DNA from: Lama guanicoe
Lineage: Eukaryota
DNA: 64,000 bases
NCBI GenBank assembly: GCA_013239625.1
Contig: MU053482.1
Coordinates: 186,001 to 250,000, forward strand
Direction of reading: 5' to 3'
The first letter of the stretch is position 1. The number at the start of each line of letters is the position of its first letter. Below, piece after piece: positions 39,466-52,579 of the stretch. The notes under the pieces were generated by a model. That model was not told the origin of the DNA. It saw only the letters and a program-made list of their open reading frames with translations, and made no database searches. The position numbers and the translations under genes were made by a program.

Positions 39466-42395
39466 AGACACAGAGTTTCCCCTATCCTTAACATCTTGAC
39501 ATTTGCATTAGTGTGGTCCATCTATTAACAATCGATGAGCCAATATTGATACATTATTAACTAAATTCCATAGTTGACATTAGGGTACACTCTTTATGTT
39601 GTGTTTTATGGGTTTTGACAAATGTATAATGACGTCTATCTACCATTACAGTATCATACAGAATAGTTTCACTGCCCTGAAAGTCCCCAATGCTCTACCT
39701 ATTCATTCCTCCCTCCCTCTCCCCAGACCCCTAGCTCTAAGATCACTTTTGATAAGTTTTTTTCACATCTACTAACTGTTCAACAGCAAAGACTTGAAGA
39801 GACAGTGGTGGCTGGAAATAAGGTAACAGCTGGAAATGCCCAGTAAAACAGCAAAGCATTGTTCAATTGCTGGTCATTTTTACTAGGACTTTGTCTTCTA
39901 GTTTTCAGGGGTCCCCTGCAGGTTGGGGGCTTCATAAGAGTGGGCCTAGTCCCATCTCTCAGCTCCACCACAGTTAGTCAAGTTCAAGGGCACACACATG
40001 GTCCACGTTAGTCAGCTGAGTGAATGAGAAATATGCTTTTCACACTTTACAGTGCTGTACCAACTTGAGGCCTTGTTATTGAATCAAGAACCAGTTGAAG
40101 AAAAACATCCAGAAGAGGATGTGAGAGAGATGATAGAATTAGAGAGATTAAGGGGTGAGGGAGGAGAGTGGGGAGGGGTGTTGGACAGGGACAAGACACA
40201 AACAGTGTGAGACAGACCACCAGCTCTATTTTGGGGGGTCCAAGGACCTCTCTGATTCCCCTCCCAAAGGTTCTTTATTTCACACACACACCCCTCAAAT
40301 TGTAACACATAAGACTTCCATAAGCCTTTCCTGCAGAGAGGGGCCCAGATTCTAAAAAGACACAGATGATTTGTATAGAATAGTAAAAGTAACACATCTA
40401 AAATCACAGCCTGTCATTGACTACCTTCCTCCCACCACCCAAAAGATCCTCCAACACGGATCTCCAAAGAGAGAGAGGCAGCAAGGAGAGAGCATGTCAG
40501 AGTTCTAGAGGCACAGACGTGAAGGATGGATGAGAAGGGGCAAAACAGGGCCTTTGTGTGGAGAGTGACAGAGGTCCACTAAGATTCATTAGCAAGCATG
40601 TGTTGACACCTCCTGTGGTGGTGGGACATTATTAGGGATATGCTGGAGAACAAGATGGACCTTGTCCCAGTCCTCAAGAGTCCATGGTCCAGCGGGGGAG
40701 ATAGAAAATGGACATAATACTACAGTGAGAAATGCCATGTTAGAGTTTAGGGAAAGGGAGGGGCAGCACAATGAATGACAGAGAAGTGAGGCAGCAGTAG
40801 GAGGCGAAGCATTTTAGAGCTTTAGAGACTGGCTTCTACTCTGATTCAGCTCTTTGCTCACTGTGTGCTCTGAGCAAGTAATATCACTGCTAAGTTCACT
40901 TAGGGGACCCCTTGTAAACAGCACTCACTTGAAGCCTACAACAGCTTCTGAATAAATTGGCTATTATTATGAAAAAAAAACAGTTTAATTTGAGAGCTAA
41001 GCAAAAGTCAGCCAAATGGGGCTATGGAAAAGGGGGCTGCAGCTCTGGGCCATTCCCTCCCCGCAACCTGGTAGGCTCCATCCCTGCCCTCTCTCCCTCC
41101 AAGCTCTTGACTTTCTCATGCTGATGCCATGGGTATGGGTGACTAGGTCGAGTGTAATTCAATCCAACTTTTTCTGGATCTGCTTGGCTGTGATATGAAA
41201 GCCCAAAGATGAATCCTTCTCCCAATAGACAATGACACAAATGCATGGGGTCAGCCTCTGTCTAGCCCAGTGACTCTCCATGTCCCTCCTGTGACCTCCC
41301 AGAGCTCTCTGTGTATTCCTCAACTTCACCCCTTATCACACCATGTGACAATTATCTGTTTAGACCTCTGAGTTTCCCTCTAGACTGTGAGCTCTCAGAT
41401 GCCAGGGCATTTACCATATTTATCTCTTTGCCCCAGTGCCTGGTAGAAAGGGAGTCCTCCATAAATGTCTGTGGAGTGAGAATGAATGTTTGGAGACAAT
41501 TAAAATACAAAGCAGAAAGTAAAAACGGTTCTAACAGATGTAGGGGGAACATGCATGGGTCAGAGGAAAGGGAGATTAGCTCAAATAAGGTGCCCAGAAA
41601 GGCCTTCCAGAAGACGGGGCAGTCAGTCTGAGTCTTTAAAGACAACAGTGAATAGGAATTCATCAGATACAGAAAACAAGTTTGTACTGGGAGATATTAG
41701 TTGGGTGGTATTCATGGGGAGGGGGTGGTGACAGAGCATTTTAAGTTGAGAAACCAACATAAGCAAGAGAAGGAGACATGAGTGCATGTGATGCCTCCTA
41801 GAAACTGAGTCATCCAGTGGCTTAAGTGGGTGCATTGCAGGGAGAAGGTGGGGGAAGGAAGAGGGCAGTTCTGGGAGAATCTGGATGCCATGCTAAAGGA
41901 TTGCAAACAGTTGAGAGTAGGTGAAGGTTTTTGTTTGTTTGGTTGGTTATCATTTTTTAAGACAATAAAGACATGATCAGACTTGTGTTTCAAATGGTAG
42001 TGAATGTGTGGTCAGCCGTGTAATATACTACTGAGAGGTCGAGCAGAATAGGTTGGGGGAACAAGGCACTGGATTGTAATAGATTGAGGAGTGAATGAAA
42101 AGATGCAAATAATCTTTTCAAGAAGTTTGGCAAAGAGAAGGAAGGATTGGGAATAAAGCTTGAGACGAGACATACTTTCTAAAGGAAGGGTCATTAGGCC
42201 ACTTGAACCAGACTTCCAGGGGTTAGAAGGGTGAAGGATTCAAGTTCACCATTTCCTGAGTGGGTCCTGGGGGTGGGGGAGACTTGAGAAGCAGAAGATC
42301 TGGCTGGATAGTGGGGATGGATGATAAGAGAGATGGAGAGCCTGGCTGAGTAGGGGCCAGACCCCCTACTGCCACCTTTCCTTTTTCCTACCCAG

Positions 42396-42647
42396 AATTG
42401 GAGCTGGCCATTAGAGTCACCCTCTATGCCGTGATCTTTCTGATGAGTGTTGGAGGAAATGTGCTTATCATCGTGGTTCTGGGACTGAGCCGTCGCCTGC
42501 GGACCGTCACCAACGCCTTCTTGCTCTCACTGGCAGTCAGCGACCTCCTGCTGGCGGTGGCTTGCATGCCCTTTACCCTCCTGCCCAATCTCATGGGCAC
42601 ATTTATCTTTGGCACAGTCGTCTGCAAGGCGGTTTCCTACTTCATGG
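42396..42647 (+). CDS. CCKBR: CCKBR exon 2 (TM1-TM3)
   Basis: LELAIRVTLYAVIFLMSVGGN...LAVSDLL...CKAVSYFM; 252 nt. Confidence 0.97.
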
Positions 42648-42800
42648 GTAGGTGACACAACAAATCTGCCTTCCTTGCCCGTCTCCTGTCCTAAAGTCCT
42701 TGCCGGGTGTACGGGACTTTCTCCATCGGAGATGGGGAGGTCACACTGGTGAGTGTGCAGTGCAAGTTTCCTAGGTGACCCCTTCCTTTTCCCTTGCTAG

Positions 42801-43050
42801 GGGTGTCTGTGAGTGTGTCCACGCTAAGCCTCGTGGCCATAGCCCTGGAGCGGTACAGCGCCATCTGCCGACCACTGCAGGCGCGGGTGTGGCAGACACG
42901 CTCCCACGCAGCTCGTGTGATCGTAGCCACGTGGATGCTGTCCGGACTGCTCATGGTGCCCTACCCGGTGTACACTGCCGTGCAGCCAGCAGGGCCTCGT
43001 GTGCTGCAGTGCATGCATCGCTGGCCCAGTGCACGGGTTCGCCAAACCTG
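42801..43050 (+). CDS. CCKBR: CCKBR exon 3 (ERY motif, TM4)
   Basis: VSVSVSTLSLVAIALERYSAICRPL...QCMHRWPSARVRQTW; 250 nt. Confidence 0.97.
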
Positions 43051-43337
43051 GTGAGGGTGACTATTACCCATTCCATTCCTGGGAATTCCCTTCTCAAGAA
43101 TCTTCCTCCAACTGCTCTATCAATTACCATTCCAATTCTCTTTCGGCACCCACTACCCTGGGATTTCCATTTGGGGCTCCTCCCCAGTTCTCTAGCCCTT
43201 CCCAGCCACACCCCAAATCCTACTGCTACCTCTGGGACCTGGTCACCAACCCTAGAAGCATCAGTTCTTGGGTCTACCTCCATCCGTGATTAAAGCTGGT
43301 CAGAAACTCGTGTGATTGGTCTGTGCTCTGTCTCCAG

Positions 43338-43510
43338 GTCGGTACTGCTGCTCCTGCTTCTGTTTTTCGTACCGGGAGTGGTTATGGCGGTGGCCTACGG
43401 GCTTATCTCCCGCGAGCTCTACTTAGGGCTTCGCTTTGACGGTGACAGTGACAGCGAAAGCCAGAGCCGGGTCGGAGGCCAAGGAGGGCTGCCAGGTGGG
43501 GCCGGACAAG
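43338..43510 (+). CDS. CCKBR: CCKBR exon 4 (TM5, ICL3); long donor after 43510, short donor after 43495
   Basis: SVLLLLLLFFVPGVVMAVAYGLISRELY...GGLPGGAGQ; ccag|gtgggg and caag|gtgagt. Confidence 0.95.
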
Positions 43511-43657
43511 GTGAGTGAAATCCAGGAGGGGCGGGACTTTGAGAAGGGAAGGGGCCTATAGTGGGTGGGGCGGGGAAAAGTGTGAGCCGGAAGAGAGGCT
43601 GGAAACGGTGGAAAGGGACTCTGCCATCTGTTCTGACCTCGCATCGTCTGTGCTCAG

Positions 43658-44196
43658 GTCCTGCCCACCCGAACGGGCGTTGCCGGTCGGAGACCCGGTT
43701 GGCTGGTGAGGACGGAGATGGCTGTTACGTGCAGCTTCCGCGCTCCCGGCCTGTACTGGAGCTGTCTGCGCTGACCGCTTCCACGCCTGGGCCAGGATCC
43801 GGCCCCCGGCCCGCCCAGGCCAAGCTGTTGGCTAAGAAGCGCGTGGTGCGGATGTTACTGGTGATCGTTGTGCTTTTTTTCCTGTGTTGGTTGCCAGTGT
43901 ACAGCGCCAATACGTGGCGCGCCTTCGATGGCCCCGGTGCACATCGTGCTCTTTCAGGTGCGCCCATCTCTTTCATCCACCTGCTGAGCTACGCCTCTGC
44001 CTGTGTCAATCCCCTTGTCTACTGCTTCATGCACCGTCGGTTTCGCCAGGCTTGCCTGGAAACGTGCGCCCGCTGCTGCCCTCGGCCTCCACGAGCGCGC
44101 CCCAGACCGCTACCGGACGAGGACCCTCCCACCCCCTCCATCGCCTCACTATCCAGACTGAGCTACACCACCATCAGCACGCTGGGACCTGGCTGA
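43658..44196 (+). CDS. CCKBR: CCKBR exon 5 (ICL3, TM6-TM7, stop)
   Basis: PAHPNGRC...KKRVVRMLLVIVVLFFLCWLP...NPLVYCF...TLGPG*; total 455 aa (long) or 450 aa (short). Confidence 0.97.
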
Positions 44197-45564
44197 GGCA
44201 GGACAGATGGATTCCTACGAGCACCGCCCATCCAGACACAAGAGACTGACACCCAATAGCATGGACTAACCCCAATGCAAAGGAAAAGGTGGCTTACCTG
44301 ACACAAAGGAAACAAGCCGGACCCCTACATAGGAGACGAAGCACCCTTGATACGGGACTGAGCCTGGCACGAAGAGACATGGCACTGACCTTAGACATAA
44401 ACAGACCCAGCGTTTCTCGCAGTGGACAATCTACACAGTGGAAATTCTCACACATATAGTAATGGCACTGAGTCTTTAACGGCTCTGGAGCCTGGCACAG
44501 GGCTGACTCCTGATATGCTCCAGGCGGCCCCCAGTTTGACCTCACAGTGCCCTTCCCCAATCAGTGCTGCAAACACCAACCTGCCTAATCTCATGCTTCC
44601 CAGACCCACGGCTGTTTGGTACTGCAAAGTCCCTTCATTCCTTTCCAGTTAAATACTATGGCCCTGCCCCTCCTCCCTCACCCAACCTCTTCAAGAACTA
44701 CTAAATATCTTGGCTTCCTCCTAAATTTCCTTTTGGACTCTTTTGGGGCACATGAGGAGGCACAGGATTGGGTGGAGTCCTCTCTATTGGGTCCCTCCCC
44801 CTGCTGCTCATTCCTGTGCATGACCTCCTGCCAAAAAGTCTGTGGTCTGAGGCTAGATGAGGCTGTGTGAACTCTCTCTGGGTGGTCATCCCAGACATTG
44901 TGTCGGACATTGTAGCTCGGAATGGGAGTGGGGGTGGGAGGTGGGGTATCCATGACACATCACAATTCTTGAGCACATTGTCCTAAAGTGATGCCCTTAT
45001 TAAGGTACTTTATTAATAGATGCTTATTAAAATTTTAATGACAAATGGAAGCACTGTATGATAAGACTTAGTTTATTCGATGTGTGTTGGAAACACAATG
45101 GGTCAGACCATGACAGGTACAGGGAAGATACCATTCTTCCCTGGTATCAGAACCTAGTCAAGCTTCTGCCCCATGGAAGCACCCTTACTGGAGAGCAACA
45201 AAGAGGCAGTGTGGGGTGGGGAGGCATGGGGCTGGGCCTGCCTAGGAGTCCCAGAGCCCAGCATCTCTTCTGCCTGTAAGACTGATGCAGCTCTAGAGAG
45301 AGGCAGAGACAGCAACATCACCCCTGGACACACTCAGTGACAAACGGGGAAGAGCAGATGACCTCACCAAGGGGAAACACACGGATGCTCAGAGGCATGG
45401 TATGCTGGGAGAGGGCTCCTTGACACTTCATCTTGTAACAGATGAGGAAACTGAGACCCAGAGCAGCAAAATAAACTGCTCAAGGTCATACAATAAATTA
45501 GAGCAAGACAGAAATAATCCTATTGTAAGCAGACACAGCTAGAGGTGGGAAAGAAACCATATCC

Positions 45565-45752
45565 ATCAGGGGGTGAACCCAAGTTTTGCAGGGCCTGAAG
45601 CTTATAAAATTGAGTGCCCCCTTTTTTAAGAAAAACATACAAAATTATATACAAAATTGCTAGGACACTGCCCAGGACCTTGGAAGAAAACTGTGCAAGT
45701 GAGGAGCCCTGAAATGTAAGCCTTATTATCTTCACAGCCAATAATACCTCTA
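45565..45752. mobile_element. hAT MITE (MER53-like)
   Basis: caggggg...gggcctgaagctta...gagccctgaaatgtaagcct...cttcac resembles remembered MER53 termini. Confidence 0.5.
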
Positions 45753-46435
45753 AAGTCCACCCACTAACTACTCTGGACAAAGGCTGGATGGAGTGAAGGG
45801 CAGTGAGAAAGGCGAGTGGTCTGTTGTTTACCAGTGCTGAGGCTGCTCCCATCCATCCTTTCTACAGGGCTCTGGGCTGCAAGAGGCAGGAGGAAGGAAG
45901 AAAAGGAGGGAGAAGGCGTTGCAAGCTGTCAACTAAGACAGTGCTGGCTAAAAATAGAATCCCAGCTAGTCTGAGTTGTGGAAAGCAAGATCTTGGGCCT
46001 TTCTCTCTCATGCCAGCTTTTCCAGGGGGTGGAAGTAGGGTTGCCCATAGCCTTTGTGGCACTCCCCACCCCCATCCCCACCATCACTTCTGAAGGATAT
46101 ACAGCCTTGATGGGCTGCCCCACCCTCAGCCCCTCCAGCTGGGGCCTGGGCTCCTGCAGATTGTCAGATGGAGGTGGGGAGCTCAGTTGGGGAGGGATCA
46201 GTCCAGACTCTTTGCCTGGAGTGTGAGCTTAAGTACAGTGGCCCAGGGCTAGCCGATACCTTAGCACATAGGCACTGAATAACACTATTTCACACACTGC
46301 AGTCTATGGGATACTTATACATCCATCACTCCACCCCATGCCCTATCTAGTTGTCAAATGTGCAGTCTCAGGATCCTCCTATCTATTTTCCATCTCTTAA
46401 AATCTAACAAAACATTTTATACAGGAAAAATGAGG

Positions 46436-47069
46436 TGTGAGAGGATGGCCATGCCCCAGGTCCCAGGTCAGTCTCTGGAATGTGCACCATTAAGTGAGGG
46501 TCCTTGGCTTCAAGCAGGAAAATAATTCAAACGCAAACTATAGCTGAGTAAAAGTAGATTTTTTTTCAGAGAGATGCACACTCCATAGACTGAGTGTAGA
46601 CTGTCTCAGAAGGCCAGAGAGGCCACGAAGTGTAGGGACGGGTTTAAAGTAAAAGTAGATACTCACTCCATAGACAGAGTACAGATCATCTCAAAAGGCA
46701 AGGGAAAGGCCACAGAGTTGCAGGTTGTTAGTTTTTATGGGCTGGGTAACTTCATATGCTAACAAGTGGGAGGATTATTCCAACTACTTTGGGGAAGGCG
46801 CTGGGACTCGCAGGAACTGGGCCACTGTCCACTTTTTTTTTTACTTTTTATGGTTAGCCTCAGAACTGTCATGGAGCCTATGGGAGTGCCATTTACCATG
46901 CTAATGTACCACAATGAGCATATATTGAAGCTCAAGTTCTACCAGAAGTCAAATCTCCCCTCATCGTGGGCCTCAAGGTCTGCTGGGAGTTGAATCTCCC
47001 GCCATCTTCGTGCTAACTGCTCTGTCATTCTTTTAATGGTCATGCCCTGCCCTCTTCCCTCCTGTCTCG
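46436..47069 (-). mobile_element. ERV1-type solo LTR
   Basis: Reverse complement begins (t/c)gagacaggaggg; internal ~70-bp duplication (aaagtagat...cactccatagac...aggccac); homologous to 60511-60730. Confidence 0.7.
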
Positions 47070-47643
47070 TTTTCAAGTCCAGATTTAATACTGCTGTCTC
47101 CATGAAGTCCTGCTCGGTCATCCTTATAAAGCCTCTCTGCTCATACTGCTCTTTCCCTTCAGTCATAGTCAGGTGTATTCCTACCTGATTTCCCATACTG
47201 GTCAGAGAGCTGCATGATGTCATGGGAAGGTGACTGAGCCCTAGGCCTAGAGGTCTTGTGTTGGAGTAGGTAGGGGTGAAACCTAATGCTTCTTGGTGTT
47301 GTGTGACAGGAGTTTATATACACTAATTCATTTCATTCTCAGAACTCCTCTACAGAACATTTCTCTTCATCTGACAGAAGAGGACAGTCTACCCCAATGT
47401 CATTTACTAGCGATGGAGTGACTAGCTCTGGCTGGTTACTTTCCCTTTCTGAGCCTCAGTTTCCCTCATCTGTCAGTATCCCTCATCTGGGGATATGTCA
47501 TACCTTGCTATGCAGTTGTGAGAGTTACATCAGATGCAGCAGCTCTCTCCCCTGGAAAATGGACAAGCTCAGGAAGATTGCTAGAGGCCCTCGCATTCAT
47601 ACAGTGCTGGCACCCACCTCTACATGTAATCCAAAGTCAAAAT

Positions 47644-47685
47644 CATACATTATGTAATCCAGTCCATACATTATGTAATCCAGTC
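47644..47685. repeat. Perfect 21-bp tandem duplication
   Basis: catacattatgtaatccagtc x2. Confidence 0.95.
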
Positions 47686-50600
47686 CAATAAATTTTTGCA
47701 CTCCTCATGAGGAGTACTTCAGAGTCTTTTTTTTTTGAAATCTCAAACATTTATTTACTTATTTTAATTTCTTTTACTAGTCATATATGCACATAGTTTA
47801 AAGAGTCAACTATTCTACGGCATGAAGACAAACAGCAGTCCCCAGCCCCCTGCCTAGTTTTTCTCCATTGTCCTTTCCCCAGAAAGAATCGCTTTCAAAT
47901 CTTTTATCCATTTTTTTCTAGTATTTATACCCATGTCTTTTAATGACATGCTAATATTACTCCTGGGTTCTGCTGGGCAGGAATATCTATCGACTACCCA
48001 CCATAGAATATGAGCCCTTAACTCTCATTTCCACCATCAGCCCACCAGACATACACATTCTTGTACCCTCATTTTACCGAGTAAAATCACAATGTAATTT
48101 TTGTCATTGTGATATCCAGGAACCAAGGTGATCCCCAATGAGACTCCCCTCCTTGTCTTCCTGACCCTATGTCGTTGTGTCCCACTTCAAGTAGGGCTGA
48201 TGCGTATAAGTAACAAAATACCAAAACGGGTAATGAAGACAGGACCCCACCCTGCACTTGCAGAACTTGGCCTGACTCGCCTCCCCTTACTTAATCCCAG
48301 CCCTCTTGGATTCTCTCTTTAACATTTTGGCATTTTTGTTCATCATGGACTTTTTTGGCAAATCGTTTTTTAAATATTGCACTAAAATATTTTTTATCTT
48401 GATCACCACATTTTTTGATGCTCCTTTAAGTTTTGTGCCCAAGCAAGAAAGCACCTCACTTTACCTTGGTCCTGCCCCTAACATATCCTAATAGCTTCTT
48501 GAGAAAGACTGTATGAGAGGTAAATTTTTGATACCCTTATTCCTATATATGTCTAAGCCTACCTACACAGTGGATTTCTCGTTTGGCTGGATATATGATT
48601 CTAGATGGGAATTTTTTTTACAAATATTTTGAAGATGTTGTTCGTTTGAAGACCTCAGTCATTTGACCACTGATCCTTTGCTTTACGTCATGGCTATCAA
48701 TTTGGGAATTTTGTTGCTTATACAGGTCAGCCCTATTCACAGTAGGACAGGACTTAGTTTAATAGTGGAGGACCAGCAGCTGATTGGAAGTTCTGAGCTG
48801 TGGATGGAGTTGTCAATTTGGAGCTTCACTGTTAGGTGATCTGGTTAGGCTGTTTGTTAGGGAACTCCAGATGTCAAGACCTTTGATTCTTTCCTTGTGG
48901 GCTGGTCAGATCTCCTAGAGACCTTCTCCAATGTCCTGAAGAGCAGAAAGGTCTGGGTTCCAGCATTTTGGGAGCCAGTGGGAGACCACAGGGTAGGGGT
49001 GGGATGACCAGGCATTTAGTGTGTATATAGGCACTTAAGCTTCTGATAGTTTTATGGTATCCCTGCCTTTGAGTGGGCCTGAAAGGACCTTCAGTTTTAC
49101 CTTCTCTGGACAGATCTCCTATCCTCTGTCTGTGAGAAGAGCAGGAGAGTGTTAGGGAAGGGATCTAGAAGTCTTTTTCTCAACAGCTTTCAACTAATCT
49201 CTTATTGTCTCTCTGCCTCAGCTTCCAGAGATATCTTTTTTTCCTGGAGATATCTTGAACCACCAACTCCTAGGTCTTTTGAGGATTCTGTCATTTAGTC
49301 GTGGCAATTCTTTCCTTACCCAGAAATGTCTGGTTTCCGCTTACTAAGTCATCAGACTCCTGTCCATCTATTTTTCAGTTTCCAAAATTTTGTCATTGCC
49401 TCTTTTTTTCTCACCGTCTTTGAGGACTTTAAACCTTTTTTAAAAACTCCTTTAAACTCAGTTAAGGGATCAGCGCCATCCTCAGCGTGCTGCCAGAGTG
49501 GCAACAGAGCATAGGTGGGGGGGGGACACATGTTATATTTTGGCCTAGGACAGATGAGGGGCTCCTATTCCCTGACTTTCTCTCACTTTCACCCATACTG
49601 CAAATAATGCATTAGTTGGGGGGGAAATCCCTTTTCTGTACTTTTAGTGGGGTTTAAAAAGAGAGCAAAATGTTACGCCTGTGTTCAAATCTTTACTGGG
49701 AAGTGCCCTAGGCCTCTGCTTAGTGTTGTCTGTTGAATTATCCAGCACCGGATGGGCTGCTTTGGGAGGTGAATTTTGGCCTCTAAGGGAGCAAATACAG
49801 CTGGTGCTGATGGAAGGACAATTTCACCAGCAGCATATTCAGTGCATGCCTCAAATAATCACTTTAATTATGATATTATAATTTCACAGTCATAAAAATA
49901 ATTATAAAATCAGTCATTCTACAGAGAGCATGCGCAAGGAGGACGCTCCCACGCATGAATACTGGGTCCCGCTCGGGTGGTCTTTGCCTGGTCCACGCTG
50001 CCTCCCAGTCAGTCGTCTCAAGGGCAGGGCCTGAAGGAGAGACGACCCAAGCCAGTTCTGGAGGAGTGTGATGTGTGCCCGTGGGAGGTGGTTCAGCGCC
50101 AGGCCCTGCCACACACGACACGCAAGACTTCGAATTCCAGTTGGTACCAACCTGCAGGTCACCTTGCTTGGGCGAGCCCGGGGCGGGGGTGGGGGGGCGG
50201 GATCTCCTGCCAGCTTTGAACTTGCAAAGTCTGCTGACGAGAACCCGCAGCACGCACAGGAAACGGCTGAGGCCAGGAACTGCCAAGACGAGAGGAGGGA
50301 GAGAGGCTGGCGCACAGAGGTGTCGCTGGCTGAGACGGGCTTTCGGGACAGCGACGCGACAGAGAGAGGAGGAGGACCTACAAAGAAAAGTGCCTGGGTC
50401 GGGAGGAGGGTGAGCAGCTGCTGAGACGCGGGCGGTGGGAATAGGATGGAAGAAGCCGGTAATGAGAGGAAGGGGCCAGCAAGAGTGCGGGCGGGGAGGT
50501 TTGAGCAAGTGATCCATAGGGAGGGGAAGTAGATGGGCAAGAAGAAGAGAGGAAAGTGAAATGGAGGATGGATCTGCTGGAGGGGGGCAGGGGGGATGGA

Positions 50601-51326
50601 GAATGTAGGAGGAGAGCCCCGAGCTCACTTACTCCAGCCAGGAGAGCCCTCACTAGACAGGAAAAACACGTGCTGCTGTGGAGCCCAGAAGTAGCTGCCT
50701 GGGTGAGCCTTGATTCTCATACGTTTTAAAGACTGGCAGGCCTCCCACTCAGCAGGACTTGGAAGACCTGCTGTTAACTATTGGCTTGGGTTGCAATGGT
50801 TGTGATCTGGCAAAACGCAAGTAAGTTAATAATCCTACCTCCTCCTCACATAATGCTTAATTAATCTTTACGCCTTCTCTTGTCTTAATCTGATCCCTGC
50901 AGCAACACTAATATCTTGAGATGGTTGCATTTTCCCCATATTCACAGGCAAAGAAGTTAAAACAGCTGAAATGACTTGCCCAGAGTCACAGATTGGGAAA
51001 ATAGCTGAGTAGAAACAACAGATTGGTTGTGATTTTATTGAAGCCAGTATCAGCCAATCTGGAATAAAGATCACTGTAGCGGGATGTGACTCAGTGACAA
51101 GAAGCAACACAGAGCTGATAACTTGCTGAGCCCACAAAAATATGTCTCCAGACCCCAAAATCATCCTCTCTTCTTTATCCGGAATGTCCAGAAAGGCAGA
51201 TGCGCCTCACTTTGGGCCTCTAGTCTCCTGGTCCCTCTATAGCATCTCTGAGAGTCCTCAGTGTGGAGTCCTCTCTACCAGGCCTGCCTTTACTCAGAGT
51301 AATTATTAGTTTAGAAACTGGGAGCC

Positions 51327-51690
51327 TGTCTTAGTCCATTTGGGCAGCTCTAAGAGAATATCATAGACTGGATGACTTATAAACAACAGAAATTTATTTT
51401 TTACGTTCTGCAGGCTGGGAAATCCAAGACCAAGGTGCTGGCTGGTTTGGTGTCTGGTGAGAGCCTGCTTCCTAGGTAGCCATCTTTTTATTGTAACCTG
51501 GCCTGGTGGAAGGGGCAAGAGAGCTTCTTTGGGCTTCTTTTTTTTATTAGCACTAATCCCATTTATGTGGGCTCTGCTCAGATGATCTAATCATCCCCAA
51601 AGGCCCCCCCCCACCATCTGATACTATCATCTTGGGTGTTAGGTTTCAGCCTATGAACTTGGGGAGAACACAAACATTCAGACCATAACA
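51327..51690 (-). mobile_element. MaLR solo LTR (MLT1A/MST-like)
   Basis: tgtcttagtccatttggg...aaacaacagaaatttatt...aacacaaacattcagaccataaca; TG...CA termini. Confidence 0.85.
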
Positions 51691-52579
51691 GGAGGTATCA
51701 AATATGCTCGGGAGAAACTATTGCTCCTTTGTTCTTCAGGAGTGAGGCAGGGCTACAGCCTTCTATCTTGTCTCTTAGACTGGCTTGCCTGCCCTCCCTA
51801 TTGTTTTAGAGTGTGTTTAACCTTTCTTCTAATTGGTGTGCAGGATCCAAATAACGTAGGTGTTCTTTTAATCTACTGATCCCGAACCTAAGGGAGGATT
51901 CAGGGACTTTGGAATGGTGAGTAGGGGCCAGCTACCAGAAGGTCTAAGGGAAGAGCTTTCCAGGCAGATGGAATGGGGGGGGGAAGACTCTAGGACAGGA
52001 ATGACCTTGGTGAGTTCAGAAAATGAGGGCCCCACGAGGCCGGGGAAAGTGACTTGAAATGAAGTAAGAGAGAAAGACTGGGGTCCAACCACAGCTGTGG
52101 GAGTGGGGCTGGGGGAGGACTTTCAGACCAGGGGTGAAATCTGGGCAGAGTCAGTACAGAGTTGCCAGTCCTGATTTTATGAAAAGAGTGGAGGTCTAGG
52201 TGTTATTTTGAACCATTTGGTCAAACTTTTTTCAATATAAAAAATATATAAATCTTTGACTGCCAGAGGAGCTAAGCATGGTCCCTTAGAGACCCCAACT
52301 TAATACTGCAGAGCAGCAGAGGAACTGAAACAAGGAGACCCGGGCCAACCTGGCCGAGCCTCTGACATGAAGCTGGCATGGTGAGAACGGGAAGAAGCAT
52401 GAAGACCAACAGTTTGCAACACAGAGTGCCCGTGACCGAAGGAACTTCACCAAGAGCCACACCAACCTCTCAAACCCAGAAAATAAGCAGCATCTGAGAG
52501 ATATTTAGGTCACAAACCCAATACAAAGCTGCAGGCTGTCTTTGTAGGCCCCCGTCTGAAGGCTCTAGAGAATAAGCCA

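Noticed and set aside
50092..50112. Possible REST/NRSE site (ttcagcgcc...)
   Set aside because: Left half only; right half GGACAG absent
49876..50628. 250-aa and 208-aa minus-strand ORFs as protein-coding genes
   Set aside because: Pro/Leu/Ser low complexity, explained by strand purine skew removing stops; no recognisable domain
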